From assembly GCA_965215505.1 (NCBI GenBank), contig OZ244065.1:1376001-1440000 (forward strand): DNA of 64,000 bases. Direction: 5' to 3'. Made by a program: the position numbers and the translations under genes. Below the pieces are notes generated by a model. It searched no databases. It was not told where the DNA came from and saw nothing but the letters and a program-made list of their open reading frames with translations. Position 1 is the stretch's first letter. Every line of letters starts with the position of its first letter. Shown here in pieces: positions 48,174-57,813 of the stretch. This DNA comes from Capsulimonadaceae bacterium. GTDB taxonomy: Bacteria > Armatimonadota > Armatimonadia > Armatimonadales > Capsulimonadaceae.

Positions 48174-48956
48174 TTACCGCCGTTCCCCGATCTTCTTCAG
48201 AAATCTGACGCTGTCCGTCTGGTTGTTTTCCAGAGCGTGCCTGAGCGCGGTCTTTCCTTCATTGTCTCTGGTATTGATATTTGCGCCCGCCGCAATCAAG
48301 CGTTTCACCACCCCTAGGGTCAGGACGGAAACTTGACCTGGGCCGACGGTCGGGTCCAGATCGGGATCAGTTGATTGCTGGAGCGCCCACATCAGAGCCG
48401 TCTGACCGTGGCTGTCCCTGGCGTTGGCATCCGCGCCCGCTGCAAGGAGGGCATTCATCTCGCCCACACTGAAATAGTTTGCGTTGTCCATCAAAGCGGT
48501 GAGGCCATTCCTACCCTGGAGATCAACCTTGGCACCGTGGGCCAGGAGGAACTTCACCATCCGTGGACTGCGCGCCTCCATCAGAGGAGTGGAGCCATCT
48601 TCGTCCCGCGCGTTCACATCGGCACCTGCTTGGATCAGCAGGGCCGTCACGGGCATAGCTCTCTCGTATTCCGTCACATACATCGGCCCCATGCCTCTCA
48701 TGCCTTCCGTCGGGGGGCTGCTGACGGCGAGGCTCAATGCGCTCTGAGGGAGGGTGTCGCTGTTGGTATTGGGCGAAGGGACGATCCCCACGGCATTGGG
48801 GTTCGCGCCGCGCTTGAGCAGCTTTGCTACAGCGGTAGTGTCTTCCTCAGAGGCGGCAAGACAGAGCGAGTGACTCAAGACCCTCGTGTAAACAACCCAT
48901 GAGGCGACGCTGAGAAAGACAACCAGCGGCGTCAGCATCAAGACTTTCTTTTTCAT
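48174..48956 (-). CDS. Ankyrin repeat protein with N-terminal anchor
   Basis: Repeated GADVNARDxxGxTPL/TAL motifs; lower GC. Confidence 0.88.
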   Translation of the reverse strand: MKKKVLMLTPLVVFLSVASWVVYTRVLSHSLCLAASEEDTTAVAKLLKRGANPNAVGIVPSPNTNSDTLPQSALSLAVSSPPTEGMRGMGPMYVTEYERAMPVTALLIQAGADVNARDEDGSTPLMEARSPRMVKFLLAHGAKVDLQGRNGLTALMDNANYFSVGEMNALLAAGADANARDSHGQTALMWALQQSTDPDLDPTVGPGQVSVLTLGVVKRLIAAGANINTRDNEGKTALRHALENNQTDSVRFLKKIGERR

Positions 48957-48974
48957 GCGGCGGCCTCGGCCTTC

Positions 48975-49916
48975 CTAAATCAGCCCCAAACGCTGGGCGC
49001 AGGAGGTCAACAGTTCGCGCTCCCACGGCGGGCGCTCCGGCGAGCGTGGGTGCGTTCGGTCCGTCGGAATCTTGCCCAGCAGGTGCAGGAAGACCGCCGC
49101 CGAGTGCTTGTAGGCGGGGACGGGCGGGCGGAAGGCGATGTTGCCGAGAAGCTGCAAGGCGTCGGCGACCGGCAGGTAGCCCGTGTCCTGGGCGGCCCAT
49201 AGGCGGTCCCGCTCGGCAAACTTGGACGGCGAGAAGGCGGCCAGGCCCAACAGGTAGTCGCTGCCGTACTCGATCATGTCAATGCCCAGGTCGTTGCCGG
49301 TGAAGACCTGGAAGTCGGGCCGAAGGCGGTCGCGCGTCGCCAGGCGCTCGATCTCGCGCACGCGGTCCAGGCTGGAATGCTTCATGCCCCTGATCTGCGG
49401 CACTTGCAGCAGGCCCTCGAACACGGCATCCGACCAGATCTCGCCGTTCGGGGCGAACATCTTGCCAAGCTCGAAGGCGTAGACCGTCTCGACTTCGGCG
49501 GACGCCTGCGCGTAGACCTCCACGACGCGGGCGGCGGGGACAGCGTGCAGGCGGGCGGTCTGGAAGAAGATGGGGGTCCCGCCGTGTTCGGCCACGCGGG
49601 CGATCTCGCGCCGGTACAGGTCGGTGATGTCTCCATCCTGGCCCTCGATGTAGGCACCCGCGACGAAGGCCGCGCCGCCAAGCGCCTGCCGGGTCAGGTC
49701 GAGGACGCGGGCCTTTTCCCCATCGGTCAGCAGGTTGACGTAGCCCGTGTCCATGTTGACGGCGGGCGTCAGGCCCGCCACGACCGTCTCCTGGAGGCAG
49801 GCCGCGAAGGCGTCTTCGGCGATGTCGCCGCGCTCGGTGAACGGCAACAGCACGGCGGCCATGCCGGTGATTTTGCGGCCAAACTTGCGGTGCGCGTGTA
49901 TGTTCGTGAGGTTCAT
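48975..49916 (-). CDS. Dihydrodipicolinate synthase-like (class I aldolase fold) protein
   Basis: AVLLPF, AVNMDTGY, GMKHSS (candidate Schiff-base Lys), FTGND. Confidence 0.72.
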   Translation of the reverse strand: MNLTNIHAHRKFGRKITGMAAVLLPFTERGDIAEDAFAACLQETVVAGLTPAVNMDTGYVNLLTDGEKARVLDLTRQALGGAAFVAGAYIEGQDGDITDLYRREIARVAEHGGTPIFFQTARLHAVPAARVVEVYAQASAEVETVYAFELGKMFAPNGEIWSDAVFEGLLQVPQIRGMKHSSLDRVREIERLATRDRLRPDFQVFTGNDLGIDMIEYGSDYLLGLAAFSPSKFAERDRLWAAQDTGYLPVADALQLLGNIAFRPPVPAYKHSAAVFLHLLGKIPTDRTHPRSPERPPWERELLTSCAQRLGLI

Positions 49917-49924
49917 GCGTCCCC

Positions 49925-50374
49925 TTACCAGATGACGACGGTGCCGTTGAGAGACTTTGCTTCCGCAACGGCGTTCGCGATATTTCGAAAGCGCAGTAGG
50001 ACCGATTCACACTGATCTTCTTGGTCAGGGACCAGTAGGGCAATGTTCTGAATCAGCGTCTCGATTTCACGTCCCAAGACATCCAGCTCCTCCCCCTCAG
50101 CATAGATGTCCTTCTCAGAGAGCGAGGGGAGGAGTGTCAGGCCAAGAGAACGGGCAACCGGTGATCCATACATCTCGGTCCGCCACTTTTCAACTCCCGC
50201 AAGCGTCCGCCAGTTTTCACTTTCTTTAAGGAGGTGGGAGATTTCAGCGTTCATATCCGCAGGCGTTAGCCCTTGGGCTTTCCAGCGTTCCCCAGCAGAT
50301 TTCCAATCAACGCTGCGAAGCCACTGCTTTTGACCAGACTCGTTAAGGAAGTAGACATGGACGCCTAAACTCAT
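49925..50374 (-). CDS. Hypothetical protein, lower GC
   Basis: 149-aa ORF filling the gap between operon genes. Confidence 0.65.
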   Translation of the reverse strand: MSLGVHVYFLNESGQKQWLRSVDWKSAGERWKAQGLTPADMNAEISHLLKESENWRTLAGVEKWRTEMYGSPVARSLGLTLLPSLSEKDIYAEGEELDVLGREIETLIQNIALLVPDQEDQCESVLLRFRNIANAVAEAKSLNGTVVIW

Positions 50375-50384
50375 GCAGCACCTT

Positions 50385-51545
50385 CTAGACGGGCAAGTCC
50401 GTCAGGTCCACCCAGGCGCGTTTGTGCCAGGATTCGATGCCCGCTTCGGCGAGCTGGACTCCGCGCGCCCCTGCCAGCAGGTCCCAGGGGAACGGCTCGT
50501 CTGAAACGACGTGGCGCAGGAACAGCTCCCACTCGGCCTTGAAGGCGTTGTCGAAGATCTGGTTCGTCGGCATCTGCTCCCACCCGGCCTTGAAGTCAAT
50601 CGGGCTGTCCAGGTCCGGGTTCCAGACCGGGCGCGGCGTGGCCGCGTAGGGCTGGATGACGCAGTCGCGCAGGCCCGCGACGGCGGAGCCTTTGGTCCCA
50701 TCCACTTGAAGGGTCAACAGGTCGTCCCGGCCCACCCGGACGCACCAGGAGGAGTTGAAGTGGGCGACGATGCCGCCTTCCAATTGGAACGTCGCATAAG
50801 CGGAGTCGTCCGCCGTGCAGCGATAAGGCTGCCCCGACTCGTCCCGGCGCTCCTTGACGTGGGTGGCACCGAGGCAGGAAACGCTCTGCACCCGCCCGAA
50901 CAGCTCATCCAGGACATACCGCCAGTGGCAGAGCATGTCAACGATGATGCCGCCGCCTTCTTCCTTTTTGTAGTTCCAGGACGGGCGCTGCGGCGGGATG
51001 GAGTCCTCGCCGGTGAACACCCAGTAGCCGAACTCGCCCCGGATGGACAGTATCTCGCCGAAGTAGCCGGTGTCAATGAGCAGTTTCAGCTTCCGCAGGC
51101 CGGGCAGCCAGAGCTTGTCCTGCACGACGCCATGCTTCACCCCCGCCTCTTTCGCGAGTTTGTAGATCTTGTAGGCGTCCGCCGTGCTGCTCGCGGTCGG
51201 CTTCTCGCAGTAGACGTGCTTGCCCGCCGCGATGGCCTTCTCCACGGCGGGGACGCGCAGGCTCGTGAGCTGGGCGTCAAAGTAGACGGAGTTGGTCGGG
51301 TCGGACAGGGCGGCGTCCAGGTCGGTCGTCCAGGCGACGCCGCCGGCTTCCTTTGCCAGCCGCTCCAGCTTGGCCGCATTGCGCCCGACCAGGACGGGTT
51401 CGGGCAGGATGACGCCGCCATCACCAATAGGGATGCCGCCCTGCTTGCGGATGGCGGCGACCGAGCGCATCAGGTGCTGGTTCGTCCCCATGCGGCCCGT
51501 GACGCCGTTCAAGATGACGCCGACCTTGGTAGTACTACCGGACAT
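50385..51545 (-). CDS. Gfo/Idh/MocA family oxidoreductase
   Basis: ILNGVTGRMG, GKHVYCEKP, GGGIIVDMLCHW. Confidence 0.9.
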   Translation of the reverse strand: MSGSTTKVGVILNGVTGRMGTNQHLMRSVAAIRKQGGIPIGDGGVILPEPVLVGRNAAKLERLAKEAGGVAWTTDLDAALSDPTNSVYFDAQLTSLRVPAVEKAIAAGKHVYCEKPTASSTADAYKIYKLAKEAGVKHGVVQDKLWLPGLRKLKLLIDTGYFGEILSIRGEFGYWVFTGEDSIPPQRPSWNYKKEEGGGIIVDMLCHWRYVLDELFGRVQSVSCLGATHVKERRDESGQPYRCTADDSAYATFQLEGGIVAHFNSSWCVRVGRDDLLTLQVDGTKGSAVAGLRDCVIQPYAATPRPVWNPDLDSPIDFKAGWEQMPTNQIFDNAFKAEWELFLRHVVSDEPFPWDLLAGARGVQLAEAGIESWHKRAWVDLTDLPV

Positions 51546-51551
51546 GAGTAA

Positions 51552-52007
51552 CTAGCCCTCCTTCGGGAACGTCTGCGTGTGCTGGGGGCGCGCGCCCTCG
51601 GGGAGCGGCGGCGCGTCAACGCCCTCTTTCGGCAGAGTCCCCTCAAGTTCCTGCCGCCAGTGCGCCACATCCCCCGCCGGGCCGTAGCAGTACAGCATCT
51701 TGAGGGGCGTGTGCCCAAGGTTCGTCATCTGATGGAAGACGTGGGGCGGGATGAAGACGGCCTGGCCGGGCGTGACGATTTTGCGCTCATCGCCCAGGCA
51801 CATCTCCCCGGTCCCTTCCAGCACGAAGTAGACCTCCTCCTGTGGCTGGTTGTGCCACGGCACCTGCCCGCCGTCCGGCTCCAGCGTGACGAAGCCCAGG
51901 CTGAAGGCCTCCGCCTGCACCGGCGAAGCGCCGCCGACGAGGTTCTGGGTCCGCCGCCGGGCGGGATACGTCCGGCCCGCGATCTCGGCAAGGTCTGCGA
52001 TGGTCAT
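51552..52007 (-). CDS. Cupin domain protein
   Basis: PWHNQPQEEVYFVLEG..VFIPPHVFHQMTN; ATGA overlap. Confidence 0.85.
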   Translation of the reverse strand: MTIADLAEIAGRTYPARRRTQNLVGGASPVQAEAFSLGFVTLEPDGGQVPWHNQPQEEVYFVLEGTGEMCLGDERKIVTPGQAVFIPPHVFHQMTNLGHTPLKMLYCYGPAGDVAHWRQELEGTLPKEGVDAPPLPEGARPQHTQTFPKEG

Positions 52008-52813
52008 TTTGACTCCTTCCGCGCTGTGTTGCTGTAATAGAACCGGTTGACGGTCCGCAGCCACTCGTCGGCCATGAGCTGATGCCCGGCATAGGTGGGG
52101 TGGATGCCGTCCCAGACCCAGAAAGTCACCGGCTGTGTCGAATGCGAAATGGCCGCGTCGAACATCGCCTGGAAATGCACGACCGGGGAGTGATACTTCG
52201 CCGCCAGCCGCTCGACGGCGGCCTGACGCAGCTTGACTTCCAAGTTCCACTGCTCCGGGTGATCCAGGACGTGCCCCGTCTGCGCGATGAACGGTTCGCA
52301 GAGAACCAGCTTCACGTTGGGGTTAGCGGCGACGGCCTGCTGGAGTATCTGGTCGTAAACCTGTTCGTACTGCTGCGCCGTCACGCCGCCGCTGCCGCCG
52401 CTGTTGACGACGCTCCCGGCGTCGTTGACGCCGACGAGGATGCTCAAAACGTCCGGCTTCAGGGCGAGCGCGTCACTCTGCCAGCGGGCGGCGAGGTCGG
52501 TGACTTTGTCGCCGCTGATCCCCCGGTTCAGGAACGTCCAGCCCTGGTCCGGGTGGTGGCCGCCACAGGTCGCGGCGAGGAGGTAGGCGTAATTCTGGCC
52601 GAGTATGTGGTTCGGGTCCTCATTGCGCCCGCGCCCGCCGTCGGTGATGGAGTCGCCCTGGAACAGAATGCGCGTCCCCGGCGGGAAGCGCGGCGCGAGG
52701 GCATCCTGGGCCGCCGCAGTGGCGGCGGGCTTCGGCTTCGCCCCGACGCCGGCCACAGTGACCACGAGGAGGCCGCAGGCGAGGGCGGTGACGGCGGCAT
52801 TCTTGTGTCTCAC
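52004..52813 (-). CDS. Secreted SGNH/GDSL hydrolase
   Basis: FQGDSITD, NRGISG, GVND, DGIHP. Confidence 0.9.
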   Translation of the reverse strand: MRHKNAAVTALACGLLVVTVAGVGAKPKPAATAAAQDALAPRFPPGTRILFQGDSITDGGRGRNEDPNHILGQNYAYLLAATCGGHHPDQGWTFLNRGISGDKVTDLAARWQSDALALKPDVLSILVGVNDAGSVVNSGGSGGVTAQQYEQVYDQILQQAVAANPNVKLVLCEPFIAQTGHVLDHPEQWNLEVKLRQAAVERLAAKYHSPVVHFQAMFDAAISHSTQPVTFWVWDGIHPTYAGHQLMADEWLRTVNRFYYSNTARKESK

Positions 52814-55800
52814 TTCGCCTCCAATGTGACGCTGTCGAAGACGCTGCGGTTGAGGCCACCGCGCGCATGGGACAGCACCGCCAGGCCGACGAAGACCGAC
52901 TTCCGCATGGGCACCGTGACCGTCTCGACCGGCACCCAGGTCTGGCCGTCGCCGGAGGCAGAGGCCGTGAATGTGTCGCCCTGCCGCGTCAGTTTCAGCC
53001 AGGAGGCGGAGGAAGGGACCGGGGCGGGACGGTCATTCGTGCCGCCCGTCCCGCCGCCCGCCGCGCTGCGGCTCTGCGTCACGATGCCGTGGCCGGGGGC
53101 GCGGAACAGGAACACGTTTTTGGCGTCCGCGTCCAGCGTCTCGCGGACCATCAGGCCGGCCTTGGCCCATTCGTTCGTGTTCTCCTGAGTCGCGACGTGC
53201 GCTATGATCGTGCCGTCGCCGTCGAGCGCGCGGTAGACGTAGTGGAAGGCGTCGGCAGAACCCCAGGCGTCCGCGCCGGAGGCGCGAAGGGTGAACGCAC
53301 CGTTCAAAAAGCCGTCGGTCCCGGCCGCCCCAACGTCCCCGATGTCGGCACCCTTCCAGGGGGCCGGGATGGAGTCGTCAACGGGCAGGATGCTGACCGG
53401 GGCGGCCTGCGGGCCGCGCACCCCGTCCCGGCTGACGGCGGCAACGGTGTAGAAGAAGCGCCGACCGAAGGCGAGGCCGTCCTCCCCCCAGGCGGTCCGC
53501 GTCAGGCCCGTCGCGACGGGCACGAAGGGGCCGTTCTCCCCCGGCCCGCGCAGCACGTCGTAGGTCCAGCCGCGCCGGGCGGTCTTCCAGGAGAGGCTGA
53601 CTTTCTGCTTGATGACCTCGCCCGCCAGGGAGGGGACGGGCTCGGGCGGGGCCGAAGCATCGGGCGCGCTCCTGTCGAGCCAGGCGAGGAGCGCCCGGTC
53701 GGGCGGCGCGACCGGGGCGGAAGGCGAGTCGAGGCCGACGCCGTTCTCGTCCATGCCCGCCACTTTGTAGAAGTACGCCGTGCCCCCTTTCGCCGTGGCG
53801 TCAATGAACGAGTTCTCGCCCGCCGTCCGCCCGACCTCGGCATAAGGGCCTTCTTGGGCGGACGCGCGCTTGACGATGTACTGAGTCGCCCCCGCCGCGT
53901 GCTGCCAGCGCACCATCACCCCCGCGTCTTCACGGGAGGCCATGATGAGGCGCGTCGCCATCGGCGGCGCGTCCGCGTCGCCGTCAAGCTTCAGCACGAC
54001 CGTGGACTGCGGGCCGACCCTGACGACGCCCGCCGTCACCGGCAGGTCTTTCCCCGAGATGAAGTCATAGACGCTCGCACCGGTGAAGCCATGCGGCAGT
54101 TTCAGGTCATACGCCTGCGCGTTGCCGTAGGCCGGGCGGGTCGTGTTCATGCCGATCAGGTAGCTTAAGTACCGCAACGAGTAGAAGTTGGCGTAGCCCG
54201 TGTAGGGAGTATCCACCGGGTCTATCTCATGAACACCCGGCTGGGAGGCAATCGGCATCACTTCGCCCGCCAGGGCCTGGTGCGGCCCCTCGGGCGGCTC
54301 GTTGGCGTGCATGAACTGGACCTGGGCCTGATCGGCCCGCACCGTCCACCGCCCGCTCGGCGTGAACTGGACGTCCGGCGCGACCGTCGCCAGTCGGTCG
54401 CCCGTCGGCGTGATGCAGTGGATGCGGGCGATGCCGTTGACGCCCCAGTTGGCCTTCATGACCAGCCCGGCGAACAGGGTCAGGCCGCCGTCGCGCAGCA
54501 CAACAACCCCGTCGTCCTCGTCGGCCCAGGCGGCGCGGGCGTAGTCTGACTCTTTGAGGCCGGCGGCTTTGAGCGCCGCGAGTTCATCCGGCCGATACCA
54601 GCCGAGGTTCGTGGCCGGGAGCAGGACGCCGACCGGCGGGTGGCCCTTGACGTAGGCATAATCGGCGGGCAGATCAAGGCTGTCGCTCTCGCCCAGGGAG
54701 CCGAGGTACTGGTTGTCGCCTAGAAACTGCTGCGCGTAGCCCACGGCGTTCGCCGCAAGCTTCCGGTACGGCGCCCACTCCGCGCCTTGGTATCTGGCGG
54801 GAGTTTCGTCCATCCAACGCGCCAGCCGGGTCACGTCCAGCCCGTGCCCGCCGTTCAGGCGGACCCCATAGCCGAGGTTGTCGGGATAGGCCGGGCCGCG
54901 CGACTCGATAACGCCCTCCATCCGCATGGCCCGGAAGCCTTCATCGTCGAAGTCCGGGTATCTCATGTGCGCGCGGGCGTTGGAGTTGACCAGGGCCTTC
55001 TTTAATATCTCATCGTGCCCGTACATCCGCCACCAGTTGACCATGTCGTTAGTCCACTCCCCGTAGATGGCGACGTAGGTGTTCTCGCGCGTCAGCCCCT
55101 TGTCCGTGACCTGGAAATAGTGGTCGCCGTAGGGCCGCTCGCGCCCGATCAGCCTGCCGGCACCGTCCAGGACGTCGTTCCCCAGGTAGGGCGCGATGCC
55201 CGCCGGCTCGAACAGGAACCGCTTGGCGGTCGCCTCCGGCTCGGCGAGGGCGGGGGCGATGATCTGCAAGCCTTTGTTGGAGCGGTACGCCCCGTACATG
55301 CAGATCTCGGCCTGGTTGCTGATGCGCGCGACGTGGGTGCGGGCGTAGTCGAAGTTGCCCTTCAGCATCCGCGCCCAGGCGTCCCGGCGCGTGACCGTCT
55401 GCCCGTTGACCGTGATCGCCTGGCCCAGCAGCGCCTTCCACTCGGCGGGCGTCAGGACCTTGTCCATCCAGTAGACCGCCTCGCCGATGGGGGCGAAGAC
55501 GCCGCCCCAGTCGGCCTGGTAGCCGCCTTTGGCGTATACGTCCGGCTCCCCGAGCCGCTGCGCCTGGTCGTCAATCTTGGCGACGACCTGCGTGATCGCC
55601 TTCTGCCGGGCGGCGTCGTCCTGCCCCGCCACCGTCCACGGGTACTGCATGGCGGATGCCAGGTAGCGGATGTCATTGGGCGGCATCCGGCCCTGCGCGC
55701 CCATCAGATCGCGCAGGTGCCCGTTGAGGCGGCTCTTGTAAGCCGCCAAGATCGCCCCATCATCCACGGCCGGGCGCACCGGCGGTGCGGGCGGGGCGTC

Positions 55801-56463
55801 TCCCTGTTTCTCCGCCTCCAGCCCCGCCAAAGCAGCCGAGGTGTGCGTGTAGACCCGGTAGTAGCCGCGCGAGGGCGTGGTCATCCGGCCCTGGTAGCCG
55901 TCATAGCCGCCGCCGAGTGCATAGCCGGAGATCGGGCCGATGGTGCGGACCGTCAGCGTCAGGCTCTTGCGCCCGCGCGTCAGGGCGAGCGGCAGGACGT
56001 CCGTGTAGTAGAAGAAGCGGTCCCGGAACGAGGGGACGTCGGTACCGTGGTTGAGCGCCTCGTAGTCGCCCAGGTGCCGGTAGCCGAGCTGTTCGCCGTT
56101 GATGTAGAGCAGCGCCTTCTGCCCGCCGTTGACGTCCGACCCCCAGAACTTGGCCGTAAAGTAGTTCTGCCTGACCGGGTCGGTCTTCATGTCAAACGAC
56201 AGATCGCCGCCATAGTAGTCGGCGGGCGTCTTCGGCAGCGAGACGCGCGCCGGCTCGCCCAGCGCACCAGTGAGCGGCTTGGTGTCCGCGCCCTCGAACC
56301 GGTGCGCCTTCTCCGAAGCGGCGTCGCCGAACACGAGCATATCCACCACGCCAGGCGGGACCATCACTGCTGGGCCGTCGGCCTGTGCCGCTCCTGCCGG
56401 CAGGAGGGCGGCGGTCGCCATCAGGGCGAGCGGACCGAGGATGGAGAATGGATTTAGTTTCAT
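52810..56463 (-). CDS. Large secreted protein of unknown function (1217 aa) with FnIII-like repeats and a C-terminal beta-sandwich/lectin-like domain
   Basis: Signal peptide AQA-D; two FnIII-like units (W..A..Y.VKR..YFYKVAG; SWK..YDVLR..FYTVAAV); C-terminal DIG..G..D.FHYVY..AKAGLMVR module. Confidence 0.75.
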   Translation of the reverse strand: MKLNPFSILGPLALMATAALLPAGAAQADGPAVMVPPGVVDMLVFGDAASEKAHRFEGADTKPLTGALGEPARVSLPKTPADYYGGDLSFDMKTDPVRQNYFTAKFWGSDVNGGQKALLYINGEQLGYRHLGDYEALNHGTDVPSFRDRFFYYTDVLPLALTRGRKSLTLTVRTIGPISGYALGGGYDGYQGRMTTPSRGYYRVYTHTSAALAGLEAEKQGDAPPAPPVRPAVDDGAILAAYKSRLNGHLRDLMGAQGRMPPNDIRYLASAMQYPWTVAGQDDAARQKAITQVVAKIDDQAQRLGEPDVYAKGGYQADWGGVFAPIGEAVYWMDKVLTPAEWKALLGQAITVNGQTVTRRDAWARMLKGNFDYARTHVARISNQAEICMYGAYRSNKGLQIIAPALAEPEATAKRFLFEPAGIAPYLGNDVLDGAGRLIGRERPYGDHYFQVTDKGLTRENTYVAIYGEWTNDMVNWWRMYGHDEILKKALVNSNARAHMRYPDFDDEGFRAMRMEGVIESRGPAYPDNLGYGVRLNGGHGLDVTRLARWMDETPARYQGAEWAPYRKLAANAVGYAQQFLGDNQYLGSLGESDSLDLPADYAYVKGHPPVGVLLPATNLGWYRPDELAALKAAGLKESDYARAAWADEDDGVVVLRDGGLTLFAGLVMKANWGVNGIARIHCITPTGDRLATVAPDVQFTPSGRWTVRADQAQVQFMHANEPPEGPHQALAGEVMPIASQPGVHEIDPVDTPYTGYANFYSLRYLSYLIGMNTTRPAYGNAQAYDLKLPHGFTGASVYDFISGKDLPVTAGVVRVGPQSTVVLKLDGDADAPPMATRLIMASREDAGVMVRWQHAAGATQYIVKRASAQEGPYAEVGRTAGENSFIDATAKGGTAYFYKVAGMDENGVGLDSPSAPVAPPDRALLAWLDRSAPDASAPPEPVPSLAGEVIKQKVSLSWKTARRGWTYDVLRGPGENGPFVPVATGLTRTAWGEDGLAFGRRFFYTVAAVSRDGVRGPQAAPVSILPVDDSIPAPWKGADIGDVGAAGTDGFLNGAFTLRASGADAWGSADAFHYVYRALDGDGTIIAHVATQENTNEWAKAGLMVRETLDADAKNVFLFRAPGHGIVTQSRSAAGGGTGGTNDRPAPVPSSASWLKLTRQGDTFTASASGDGQTWVPVETVTVPMRKSVFVGLAVLSHARGGLNRSVFDSVTLEAK

Positions 56464-56515
56464 CAGTGGCCTTTCGCTGCGCCGCCGACACAAAGTGCGA
56501 CGGTTGACATAGACC

Positions 56516-56619
56516 ATTCTAACACGGTGCCCTGATGTTGTCAATATCTTTTTGACAAAAACTTTTCGCGTAGTCTAGGCTGTGACGCCCTTGCATTCAT
56601 GGGGCGAGACTGTTATAAT
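56516..56619. promoter_or_regulatory. Divergent sigma70 promoters with palindromic candidate operator
   Basis: - strand TTGACA-N17-TAGAAT (56544-56516); + strand TTGCAT-N17-TATAAT (56591-56619); TTGTCAA-N7-TTGACAA at 56538-56558. Confidence 0.72.
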
Positions 56620-56661
56620 GGGGTATCTGCTCCTCTGACGATCACGTCTTTGTCAAAAATT

Positions 56662-57768
56662 ATGAACCAAGTCAGCACCGACACGATGCCGCCTAAAACA
56701 ACCAAACGCGCCGAATACGACCGCGTCTTCGGCGAGATCGAGCGCCTCTGCCGGTCGGGGGAGCCTGGGGACCGCCTCCCGAAGCACACGGCCCTGATGC
56801 TCGATCTGCGGGCTTCGGAACGGACGGTGCTGCGCGCACTCGAGGCGCTGCACCGCTCCGGTTATATCATCCGCCGCAGCGGGGCCGGCACCTTCGTCGC
56901 CCCCGCGCCGCCCCGTGCCGAGAAGTTACCGCCGGGGATCGTGGACGGCACGACGCTCGTGGCGATCATGCAGCCGGACAACTCGTTCTTCAGCCGCTGC
57001 ACCGAGGTCCTGTACCGCCACGCGGACGCGGCGGGCCTCACCCTCCTGTGCCGCCTCGTTAACGGGGAAACGCAGGCCCTGGCCGTGCCCCAGTTGGGCG
57101 CGGGCGGCCCGCTGGGCTTCATCGTGTTCCGCCATGACCTGGAGCCGCTGGCCCGGAGGATTCAGGAAGCGGGGCATCGGGTCGTGCTGATCGGGGCACC
57201 GCCGAATGGTGTGGCACCGAATGTCCCCTGCCTGCATGGCGACCACGAGCAGGGGGCGTATCTGGCGGCGCACCATCTGATCGCGCTCGGCCACCGGCGT
57301 CTCGCCTTCGCCATGGTGACGGAGGACCACCGACACTCGTCGCGCTGGCTCGGACACCGGCAGGCGATCCAGGAGGCGGGCGGGGCCGTTCTGAGCGATA
57401 CCACCCTGCCGCGGGAGACGGTCGAGGCGTGGGAGCAGGACCCCGCCCGAGCCGCCGCCTACTTCCAGGCCCCGGACGCCCCCACTGGCCTGGTCGTCTG
57501 GAACGACCACGAGGCGGTCCGGCTGGCGACCGTGCTGTCGCGGGCGGGCGTTAGGGTGCCTGAGCAAGTGTCGCTCGTGGGCTACGACAATCTCCCCGAG
57601 GGCAGCCTGATCTACCCCCAGCTTACCACCATAGACCAGGCCATCGGGCAGCAGCTCCGGCTGGCGCTCCGGCTGCTGACCCAGCCCGTCCCCCCGTCCC
57701 CCTCGCACACGACACTGGTGACGCCGACGCTCATCCCGCGCGGCTCCTCCGCCGCGCCGCGCCACTGA
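56662..57768 (+). CDS. GntR-HTH / LacI-type sensor hybrid regulator (AraR-like architecture)
   Basis: PGDRLP..SERTVLRAL..GYIIRRSGAGTFV plus HLIALGHRRLAF, VPEQVSLVGYDN. Confidence 0.88.
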   Translation: MNQVSTDTMPPKTTKRAEYDRVFGEIERLCRSGEPGDRLPKHTALMLDLRASERTVLRALEALHRSGYIIRRSGAGTFVAPAPPRAEKLPPGIVDGTTLVAIMQPDNSFFSRCTEVLYRHADAAGLTLLCRLVNGETQALAVPQLGAGGPLGFIVFRHDLEPLARRIQEAGHRVVLIGAPPNGVAPNVPCLHGDHEQGAYLAAHHLIALGHRRLAFAMVTEDHRHSSRWLGHRQAIQEAGGAVLSDTTLPRETVEAWEQDPARAAAYFQAPDAPTGLVVWNDHEAVRLATVLSRAGVRVPEQVSLVGYDNLPEGSLIYPQLTTIDQAIGQQLRLALRLLTQPVPPSPSHTTLVTPTLIPRGSSAAPRH

Positions 57769-57770
57769 CG

Positions 57771-57811
57771 AAAAGAGCCGGGGGCCACACGGCCCCCGGC
57801 TCTCTGTTCTT
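57771..57811. terminator. Intrinsic terminator (bidirectional candidate)
   Basis: AAAAGAGCCGGGGGCC-ACAC-GGCCCCCGGCTCTCTGTTCTT between convergent genes. Confidence 0.8.
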
Positions 57812-57813
57812 CA

